This document shows positions 56,949 to 64,000 of a DNA stretch of 64,000 nt, in pieces. The stretch comes from Candidatus Omnitrophota bacterium (GTDB lineage Bacteria; Omnitrophota; Gorgyraeia; Gorgyraeales; Gorgyraeaceae): NCBI GenBank assembly GCA_043822665.1, contig JBDRBM010000050.1, forward strand, positions 22,038 to 86,037, read 5' to 3'. The notes under the pieces are model-generated. The model saw only the letters and a program-made list of their open reading frames with translations, had not been told where the DNA came from and searched no databases. Within the stretch, counting starts at the first letter, position 1. Every line of letters begins with the position of its first letter. A program made the translations under genes and the position numbers.

Positions 56949-57114
56949 AATGTCAAATGACAAAGCGCAAAATTCAAAATAAATTCAAAGCACAAATAAT
57001 AAAACTAAACATTTTGGAATTTGAATTTGGCCCTTCGACGCTGCTCAGGGCCAATCCTGAGCGGAGTCGAAGGATTGGATTTGTTTTGTGCTTTTAATTT
57101 TGTCATTTGTCATT
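56949..57114. repeat. Inverted heptamer arrays enclosing CTTCGAC..GCTCAG palindromes
   Basis: AATGTCA AATGACA AAGCGCA AAATTCA ... CCCTTCGACGCTGCTCAGGG CCAATCCTGAGCGGAGTCGAAGGATTGG ... TTGTCAT TTGTCAT. Confidence 0.78.
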
Positions 57115-58019
57115 TTCTCCATAGATATTTCTATTATCTCTTTCGCCTTGCTGTAAATCTCCTCTATTTCCTTTTGGTCCGGTATATATTTCGCGAATTT
57201 CACAAGGTCACAATCTTCCAGAAAATCCTTGATCTTATCCGCGGGCTGTCTCTGGATCTTTTTCGCGCGCATCTCCTGACAGATCTCCCATGTAGTCATG
57301 TCCAGGGCAAATATCCTGAATCTTCCTTCAATATATTTACGCATTATATCTGAGATCTCTATGTAATACTCCTTGATCATCCCTTTTTCTATCAGTTTTT
57401 TCTCCAGCAAGGCCTGTAATTCTTCCATTGCAATATCCTCTGGCGGCCTTAACGGTATGGCAGGCATTGATTCGATACGTCTTTTTCTCTTAAAATATAT
57501 AAATCCCGAGACCGCTCCCAGCGCCAGCAGTAATAGTATAATCAGTAACAGCGCGGGAAAACCCTCTCTTATTTCAGCAGGCCCTTTGAGTGGCCTTATG
57601 TCATCTTTGTCGTTAGGGCCTTTTTTTACACTTTCGACTTTTATCTTTATCTCTTCCGAGAATATCTTTTTCTCATTACCTGCCTGGTCTTTGTATTTTA
57701 CTGTCACAGGCGGAATCGTAAAGTCGCCTGTTGTAAACGTGGTCACTATGTAAGTGGACCTGGATATCCATTTATTATCCTTGGCCTTTTTCGGTTCTTC
57801 TACGCGATAATCCTTTACCTCAAACTCTCCGAGGTTTTCGCCCATCACCTGCGGCTCCACCTCAATGCCATCGTCATATTCCACAATAACTTCATATCTA
57901 ATTCTGTCTCCGATAGTTATAGTGTCCTTATCAACCTTTACATCAAGCTTAACAGGCTCGGCAAACACGGCACTATTCGCGATTAATAAAAAGATTGCTA
58001 TCAGAAAATATTTTTTCAT
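57045..58019 (-). CDS. Bat-operon membrane protein (single BatD-like domain)
   Basis: Signal peptide, DIRPLK, TM helix, MTTWE, DLVKFAK; C-terminal tail is repeat-derived. Confidence 0.8.
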   Translation of the reverse strand: MKKYFLIAIFLLIANSAVFAEPVKLDVKVDKDTITIGDRIRYEVIVEYDDGIEVEPQVMGENLGEFEVKDYRVEEPKKAKDNKWISRSTYIVTTFTTGDFTIPPVTVKYKDQAGNEKKIFSEEIKIKVESVKKGPNDKDDIRPLKGPAEIREGFPALLLIILLLLALGAVSGFIYFKRKRRIESMPAIPLRPPEDIAMEELQALLEKKLIEKGMIKEYYIEISDIMRKYIEGRFRIFALDMTTWEICQEMRAKKIQRQPADKIKDFLEDCDLVKFAKYIPDQKEIEEIYSKAKEIIEISMEKMTNDKIKSTKQIQSFDSAQDWP

Positions 58020-58237
58020 TGTAGTTCCACTATTTTTTTACAACTTTTCTCACCCGATACAATTCTTATTTTGCCTTTCTTTATGCCGAATTTTTCTGAG
58101 AGTAATTCTATCACTCTTTTATTGGCCTTCCCGTTTTCGGGAGGGGCCAGCACTTTTATCCTATAGCGATCATCCGCTATTTTCTCTATGCCTTCCCGCT
58201 TCGCCTTCGTTATAACCTTCAGCTCTATCCTGCGCAT
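58016..58237 (-). CDS. DUF167 (YggU/UPF0235) protein
   Basis: APPENGKAN, IVSGEKS..K. Confidence 0.88.
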   Translation of the reverse strand: MRRIELKVITKAKREGIEKIADDRYRIKVLAPPENGKANKRVIELLSEKFGIKKGKIRIVSGEKSCKKIVELQ

Positions 58238-58292
58238 ATCTTAAATAAAATAGTGATCCACCTATCCTTCATGGCAACCTCCATCTAAAATT

Positions 58293-59171
58293 TCACCTGA
58301 ATCTCCGGGCGCGCATCTTAAAAAAAAGCATCAATGGCTTTATGTATGATTTATCCGTAGATATATCTACGGAATCCAGGCCCATTGACCTGAATGCCTT
58401 GTTGCGGGCCGCTATAAAAGCAGTTCTTCTCCTGGCAAGTTCCTGCCTTAAAAGACTGTCGCCCGTATCCAGGAAAATGTTTTTGCCTGTCTCCGCATCC
58501 TCAAATTCCAGCAGGCCTACGTCAGGGATGTCTGATTCTCTGGGATCCTGAATAGAGATACCTACAATATCGTGGCGCTTGTTGATGATACGAAGCACCT
58601 TTTCATAGCCTGAATCCATGAAGTCAGATATTAAAAATACGACTGCCTTTTTCTTCAGAACCTTGCCGAGATATTCCAGGGCTGAATTTATACTGGTCCC
58701 GCGGCCGGAAGGCTTATAGTACAATAGCTCCCTTATCACCCTTAGTACGTGCGGCCGGCCTTTTTTTGGCGCTATGAATTTCTCAACATGGTCTGTAAAA
58801 AGCAAAAGTCCCACCCTGTCATTATTTTTTATCGCGCTGAATGCCAGAAGGGCGCCTATCTCAGCCATTATCTCTGACTTCATCTTGCTAGACGAGCCAA
58901 AATAACCGGAGCCGCTCATGTCAGCCATCAATAATACCGTAAGTTCCCTCTCCTCGATAAATTTCTTAACATGCGGGCGGCCCGTGCGGGCAGTGACATT
59001 CCAGTCAATAGAGCGGATGTCGTCTCCGGGCGCGTATTCCCGTACTTCGTGAAATTCCATGCCACGGCCTTTGAATATAGACTCGTACTGGCCGGCAAAC
59101 ACGTCATTAACCAACCTGCCTGTTCTGATTTCAATTTGCCTGACTTTTTTTAATATCTCTTTGGGAATCAT
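58293..59171 (-). CDS. DUF58 protein
   Basis: GMEFHEVREY.PGDDIRSIDWNVTAR, LISDF. Confidence 0.93.
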   Translation of the reverse strand: MIPKEILKKVRQIEIRTGRLVNDVFAGQYESIFKGRGMEFHEVREYAPGDDIRSIDWNVTARTGRPHVKKFIEERELTVLLMADMSGSGYFGSSSKMKSEIMAEIGALLAFSAIKNNDRVGLLLFTDHVEKFIAPKKGRPHVLRVIRELLYYKPSGRGTSINSALEYLGKVLKKKAVVFLISDFMDSGYEKVLRIINKRHDIVGISIQDPRESDIPDVGLLEFEDAETGKNIFLDTGDSLLRQELARRRTAFIAARNKAFRSMGLDSVDISTDKSYIKPLMLFFKMRARRFR

Positions 59172-59174
59172 ACT

Positions 59175-60182
59175 CTATGGGACTTCTATTTTATCAAAGA
59201 CCTTTTTCACAATATCCTCACTGGTCAATTCTTCCGCTTCTGCCTCGTATGTTATAATAACACGATGCCGCAATACATCCATGCCCACTGCCTTTACGTC
59301 CTCAGGCGTAACATAGCCCCTTCCACAGATAAAGGCATTAGCCTTAGACGCTATATTAAGGTATATAGAGGCCCTTGGCGAAGCGCCGTATGCGATAAAG
59401 TTCTTTATATCAAGCTTATATTCTTCAGGGGTCCTTGTGGCATATATTAAATTAACGATATAGTCCTTGATCTTATCGTCCATGTAGATCTCATTGACTA
59501 CCCCCCTTGCCTTTAGTATGTCTTTGGGATTGATTATGGCGTTTACCTCGGCAGGTTCATGCCCTGCCATACGCTCCATGATCTCTTTTTCCTCTTTTTT
59601 GTCCGGATATTCTATTTTTATCTTCAACATAAAGCGGTCCATTTGCGCTTCAGGAAGAGGATATGTGCCCTCCTGCTCAATAGGGTTCTGCGTGGCGAGG
59701 ACCAAAAACGGTTCCTCGAGAGGAAAGGTATTTTCTCCTATAGTAACCTGCCTCTCCTGCATGGCTTCCAGGAGAGCGCTCTGTACTTTAGCGGGGGCCC
59801 TATTGATTTCGTCGGCAAGTATAAGATTTGAGAATATAGGGCCTTTTTTCGTGGTAAAATTGCCGTCTTTGGGATTATAGATGAGCGTACCTATTAAATC
59901 CGCCGGCAATAAGTCAGGTGTAAACTGTATTCTTTGAAATTTTGTCTGGATGCATTTGGAAAGTGTTTTGACAGCAAGTGTTTTTGCCAGGCCAGGCACG
60001 CCCTCTATCAATATGTGGCCGTTCGCGAGAAGCGCTATCAGGAGCCGTTCTGTAAGATATTTCTGGCCTATTATTACCTTTGACAATTCAGCGCTGATCT
60101 CGTGAATAAAAAGGCTGGCCTCCTTGACTTTTTCGTTTATTTCCCTGATATTCTGTCCGTATTTAGGGCTGAAATCCGGCAT
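59175..60182 (-). CDS. moxR: MoxR-family AAA+ ATPase
   Basis: EGVPGLAKT, RIQFTPDLLP, DEINRAP, ATQNPIE, GASPR. Confidence 0.95.
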   Translation of the reverse strand: MPDFSPKYGQNIREINEKVKEASLFIHEISAELSKVIIGQKYLTERLLIALLANGHILIEGVPGLAKTLAVKTLSKCIQTKFQRIQFTPDLLPADLIGTLIYNPKDGNFTTKKGPIFSNLILADEINRAPAKVQSALLEAMQERQVTIGENTFPLEEPFLVLATQNPIEQEGTYPLPEAQMDRFMLKIKIEYPDKKEEKEIMERMAGHEPAEVNAIINPKDILKARGVVNEIYMDDKIKDYIVNLIYATRTPEEYKLDIKNFIAYGASPRASIYLNIASKANAFICGRGYVTPEDVKAVGMDVLRHRVIITYEAEAEELTSEDIVKKVFDKIEVP

Positions 60183-60253
60183 GATTACCTCCTATTTGTA
60201 CATTAGCAAAGCAAACTTTACAACTACACTTGCTCTGCCCGTGGCCATAAAAA

Positions 60254-61102
60254 CTACATCTTCATGTTGTTCAATATTTCCACTCTTTTCTGTATAGGGG
60301 GATGGGTACTGAAAAGAGCTGCTATGCCTTGACCGCGCAATGGATTCACTATAAAAATATGCGCTGTGGTCGGATTGGCATTCATTGGAAATGATTTTGC
60401 GCCTTTTTCCAATTTTAAAAGCGCGTTCGCGAGGCCATTGGGCGTACCTGCTATATATGCGCCTCTTTTATCAGCCGCATATTCTCTCGACCTGGAAATA
60501 GCAAGCTGTATGAGCATTGCGGCAATCGGGGCAAGTATCAGCATAAATAAATAGCTTAAGGCATTACCATCTCTCCTGCCTCCTCCCCTGCCGCCAAAAC
60601 CTCCGAATATAGCTGCCCATCTTGCCCAGTTCGCCAGCATTGTTACAGCGCCTGCTATAGTAGCCGCAACAGTCATTATAAGAGTATCTCTATTTTTTAT
60701 GTGTGACAACTCATGCGCGATTACACCTTTCAATTCTTCGCGGTTTAAGATATTCAATATGCCTTGTGTCACGCATACTGCTGAATGACGCGGGTTGCGG
60801 CCTGTCGCGAATGCATTGGGAGAATTCTGCGGGGAGATATAGAGCCTGGGCATTGGAAGCCTGACAGAGGCTGTTAATTCTTTCACTATACCATAAAGCT
60901 CCGGCACCTCTGCTCTTGATACCTCTTTGGCGCCATACATTGAGAGGACTATCTTATCGCTGAACCAATACGCCCCTACATTCATAACCAGAGCGAACAT
61001 AAACGCGTAACCAGCGCCTGCCTGACCCCCAAAATAACCACCTATCCATACAAAAATCATGGTAAGGGCCGCCAATAACAGACCTGTTTTAATATAATTC
61101 AT
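60254..61102 (-). CDS. htpX: Zinc metalloprotease HtpX
   Basis: PNAFATGR, HELSH, SRSREYAAD, FSTHPP. Confidence 0.95.
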   Translation of the reverse strand: MNYIKTGLLLAALTMIFVWIGGYFGGQAGAGYAFMFALVMNVGAYWFSDKIVLSMYGAKEVSRAEVPELYGIVKELTASVRLPMPRLYISPQNSPNAFATGRNPRHSAVCVTQGILNILNREELKGVIAHELSHIKNRDTLIMTVAATIAGAVTMLANWARWAAIFGGFGGRGGGRRDGNALSYLFMLILAPIAAMLIQLAISRSREYAADKRGAYIAGTPNGLANALLKLEKGAKSFPMNANPTTAHIFIVNPLRGQGIAALFSTHPPIQKRVEILNNMKM

Positions 61103-61180
61103 TATACGCACCCCCCTAAATAGAGATAGGCCTCTAAAAGACAAGGCCTATCCTGGTATTTTTCTGACTATTTTAAAGAA

Positions 61181-61402
61181 CTACTTTTTTTCTTCCTTAT
61201 CCTTTACCTCTTCTTTTTTTGCCTGGCTGGCATCCTTGATCTCGCTCACTCCCGCGAAAAATGCCGCAAAACCACCAAGCATAAGTATGACTGGCACAGA
61301 GCCCTTTAAAAGTATAATAAAATGCCACTTCCAGGCCCAGATACCCCATAATCCAAGAACAATGCATATAAGGCCGCCTAGCACCGTTACATATTTACCC
61401 AT
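61181..61402 (-). CDS. Small two-TM hypothetical protein
   Basis: Two hydrophobic helices, charged tail, AGGAGG RBS. Confidence 0.75.
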   Translation of the reverse strand: MGKYVTVLGGLICIVLGLWGIWAWKWHFIILLKGSVPVILMLGGFAAFFAGVSEIKDASQAKKEEVKDKEEKK

Positions 61403-61449
61403 ATTTTCCTCCTTTTGTAACCAATCTACTCTATTATGTTTACTAACTT

Positions 61450-61478
61450 TTTATACCACTTAAAATCTCTTTTGTCAA
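61450..61478 (-). promoter_or_regulatory. Sigma70-type promoter
   Basis: Minus strand TTGACA-17 bp-TATAAA with extended TG. Confidence 0.65.
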
Positions 61479-61479
61479 T

Positions 61480-61523
61480 AATCATTTCTTAATCATTTCT
61501 TAATCATTTCTTAATCATTTCTT
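61480..61523. repeat. (AATCATTTCTT)x4 exact 11-bp tandem repeat
   Basis: Four exact copies directly upstream of the -35. Confidence 0.9.
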
Positions 61524-61528
61524 AAACA

Positions 61529-61607
61529 TAATCAAATTCTGCCCGTAATCAAATTCTGCCCGTAGGTGACCCTTAAGGGTCACCTACATTGTGGATAAGT
61601 TGAATTT
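61529..61607. repeat. 17-bp tandem duplication followed by a family B palindrome
   Basis: (TAATCAAATTCTGCCCG)x2 running into GTAGGTGACCCTTAAGGGTCACCTACATTGTGGATAAG. Confidence 0.85.
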
Positions 61608-61672
61608 AAAGCTTCACACAACAATTATCCTTCCAGAAAAATTATAACTAGTGTATACTAATCTGTAACACT

Positions 61673-62467
61673 ATGAAGATGCTGATTAAATACTTACTTA
61701 CTATATGGTTTTTGACCGTTCAGGGTTTGACATATGCCGAAGAGATATCGCCCACATTTATGCCTGAAAGCGAACATAAGGAAATCATTTATGTTGATAA
61801 GGCTACTGGTGAATTACGGTCAAGATGGAATATCTCCTTGAAAAAGACATTTAAGGACAAGCGCGCAGTCTATGAAATATCATCGACTGGCAAAGGCGAC
61901 TATGACAAATATCGAGACGCCATCTGGGATGTCAAGGCGGAAATAGAGGAAAGAGGTAACCTCCTTTACCCCCTATACAGCATTGTTGCCTTAAAAAAAA
62001 CAGACGGCCTGGAAATTAAATATGAAAAACGCTTTGAATATGGTAAACAAAAGATATTTTATACTATATCGGATAGCGAAGGCAATATTATCGAAGAAAC
62101 TACATTCCCCATAAAGGGATTGACCGCTGACAGCGTTACGATGACATATATACTAAAAACATTCATAGCCTGCCGCGATGACAAGGCATACAAAGATTTT
62201 TATCTACTGTCTGATAGAGGAAAACTTTATCGGGTGACTCTTAAACTCATAGATAGAGAAATGTTAGATTTGCCTTTGGGAAGCGTGGAAGCTATTAAAT
62301 TAAGGCTAATCCCTAACCTGGGGCCGCTTACAGGCATAATCGGCTCTTTAATACCTCCGACTTTTGTCTGGTATATCGACCAGCCTCCTTATGAATGGCT
62401 GCAATACCAAGGGCTAGAAACAGGCATAGGCTCAACCCACATAAGGGCATATCTTTTCAAGAGATAA
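61673..62467 (+). CDS. Exported hypothetical protein (possibly DUF3108-like)
   Basis: Signal peptide; LDLPLGSVEAIKL and FVWY motifs resemble DUF3108. Confidence 0.6.
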   Translation: MKMLIKYLLTIWFLTVQGLTYAEEISPTFMPESEHKEIIYVDKATGELRSRWNISLKKTFKDKRAVYEISSTGKGDYDKYRDAIWDVKAEIEERGNLLYPLYSIVALKKTDGLEIKYEKRFEYGKQKIFYTISDSEGNIIEETTFPIKGLTADSVTMTYILKTFIACRDDKAYKDFYLLSDRGKLYRVTLKLIDREMLDLPLGSVEAIKLRLIPNLGPLTGIIGSLIPPTFVWYIDQPPYEWLQYQGLETGIGSTHIRAYLFKR

Positions 62468-62480
62468 AACAATAAATTAA

Positions 62481-62599
62481 CCCTCGCCTTCGGCTCGGGC
62501 ACTTGATTACACAGATTTTAACAACAGATTACACAGATTAAACCTTATTTACATCTGTGTAATCACTTTAAAAAAGGAAATTCCTATACTATCAAGTTA
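62481..62599. repeat. Mini-palindrome + inverted nonamer array (ACACAGATT) + C motif
   Basis: CCCTCGCCTTCGGCTCGGG; GATTACACAGATT x2 and ATCTGTGTAATC; AAAAAAGGAAATTCCTATACTATCAAGTTA. Confidence 0.72.
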
Positions 62600-62610
62600 T
62601 AACCCTCGCT

Positions 62611-63027
62611 TCATACTGAATTAAGGATCCTAAACGCCTCATTGTTATCTGCTGTTGAAAGCACTATTTTGGCCGGACAGCCGCCTGAACAGGTCGTACA
62701 GTAAAGATAATCTATATTTATCCCATTTCCGGCAAGCACTTCAGAAATATTCTTCAATGTCCCGGGCCTATTTTCAAGCTCCATTACAATAACTTCCCTT
62801 TCCTCAATATCCTCATATTCATTATTAATTAACTCGTCGATTGATTTTTGATTATTATCGGTTATAAATACAAGCATGCCTTCAGTACCGGTTTGATTCG
62901 AATATCCTGCTACTGTCTCTATATTTATGCCGTGGTTTACCAAAAATGACATCATCCGAGCCAGCGCCCCAACTTCATTCCTGGTCCTTACGCTGATCTC
63001 TTTTGCTCTTACCAAGTTTCTAATCAC
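62611..63027 (-). CDS. Tandem ACT-domain protein
   Basis: NEVGALA..GINIE and NRPGTL..GINIDYLY; GTG start after AAGGAG. Confidence 0.85.
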   Translation of the reverse strand: MIRNLVRAKEISVRTRNEVGALARMMSFLVNHGINIETVAGYSNQTGTEGMLVFITDNNQKSIDELINNEYEDIEEREVIVMELENRPGTLKNISEVLAGNGINIDYLYCTTCSGGCPAKIVLSTADNNEAFRILNSV

Positions 63028-63052
63028 GCGGGTCTCCTTTAAACAGTAAGAA

Positions 63053-63979
63053 CTATTCCCAATTATTAATACCTCTTGTATCTGCTGGCAGGACAAGAAC
63101 CCTTGTGCCTTTTGCGCCAGAGGTAAACTTGCCGTTCCTGGTTATATATCCTTTATTCCCTGTCATTGATTTAATATGGTCCAGTTTTTTCTGTATCTTG
63201 ACTTTTTTAAGATAAGTTTCTCTCTTTATCTCACGCATGGCTAAACGCAGTTCTTTTGGGTCGTGAAGCCTGGTGTCCAAAGCCCTATTCCAGTTAGAAA
63301 GCTTGTTAACCTCACTTTTGAGTTTAGCTATATCTTTCTTTAACGTCTCTCTTTCGCTATTAAATTTCATTCTCTCAGAGTCCAGCAGGCCTTCAGCCTG
63401 GACTAAAAGAACTTTTGCGTCATCTAACTCAACCTGCAAGGCTTTTTTCTCTTTTAGTGTAGAGTCAAAAGCTGATTTAAGCCTGGATCGTTCTTTTTCT
63501 GTATAAGAAAGCGCGGTATTTAATGAATCCTGAATAGAAGTAAAGGCCCTATTTTGAAAGATAAATAAAGCCGCCCCTCCCAGCGTAGCTATTATCAATA
63601 GAGCATAAAGGAGATACTCTTTGCAGCGCGCACGCAGCCTTTGTCTATCCATGGCTTTATCTACCCGTTTTAAGATAAAAGCCCTGTCTTGGCCGCTTAT
63701 ATCAATAAATTCAGCGCCCACCCTAAAGCCCTGCCTTACCTTCTTAGACCAGATTGGTTTAACGCACGCTGGGATTGTCAATACAGATTTCAAACGCGGA
63801 TTAGAAAACCTGAGTTCGCCTTTTATGTCAGGCAGGTTAATAATATCGACTTTACTTTTAAAGCATAATCCTCCGCGGCTTAGGTCTTCAAGAGGATATA
63901 CCCTATTATCCCCTGCCTTGTCTAAAACAAATATACTGTCTTCCTTTGCCCTGTAAGACTTTCTTCTCTCTATAATCAT
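63053..63979 (-). CDS. PilZ-domain protein with TM helix and coiled coil
   Basis: ERRKSYR (RxxxR) and DLSRGG (DxSxxG) c-di-GMP motifs. Confidence 0.85.
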   Translation of the reverse strand: MIIERRKSYRAKEDSIFVLDKAGDNRVYPLEDLSRGGLCFKSKVDIINLPDIKGELRFSNPRLKSVLTIPACVKPIWSKKVRQGFRVGAEFIDISGQDRAFILKRVDKAMDRQRLRARCKEYLLYALLIIATLGGAALFIFQNRAFTSIQDSLNTALSYTEKERSRLKSAFDSTLKEKKALQVELDDAKVLLVQAEGLLDSERMKFNSERETLKKDIAKLKSEVNKLSNWNRALDTRLHDPKELRLAMREIKRETYLKKVKIQKKLDHIKSMTGNKGYITRNGKFTSGAKGTRVLVLPADTRGINNWE

Positions 63980-64000
63980 ATTTACACCTTTATATATTAT

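Noticed and set aside
51333-60182. MoxR-DUF58-Bat cluster as a novel system
   Set aside because: Matches the described Bacteroides-type Bat/MoxR operon; only the inserted DUF167 gene is a minor variation

Overview
Gene-dense, mostly minus-strand chromosomal window from an anaerobic diderm bacterium. Gene content and style suggest the PVC group, possibly Omnitrophota; this is inference only. In order: the 3' part of an RND efflux permease; a 17-gene operon joining an AsrA/AsrB-like NAD(P)H module, a group 4 [NiFe]-hydrogenase and a full Mrp antiporter set, with a Rex-like operator; a hyp cluster with a C-terminal-only HypF and no hypB; a core (MetE C-terminal-like) methionine synthase; a bioB-bioU-bioF-bioD biotin operon with a BirA-like operator; a LacI regulator; a type IV pilus/T2SS-like cluster with two tandem secretins; gpmA; an AT-rich three-gene glycosylation islet; dcd; a class II ribonucleotide reductase with three LAGLIDADG inteins (one ending in Asp) and tandem NrdR boxes; a MoxR/Bat operon; htpX; and PilZ and ACT proteins. 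No rRNA, tRNA, CRISPR array or transposase was seen. The least explained signal is non-coding. About a dozen short heptamer (one nonamer) tandem arrays, often as inverted pairs, sit at gene junctions and even in frame inside genes. GTAG-type REP/REPIN palindromes also occur, alternating with a conserved ~30-bp motif in a cassette-like arrangement. All calls come from reading the sequence; no searches were run.
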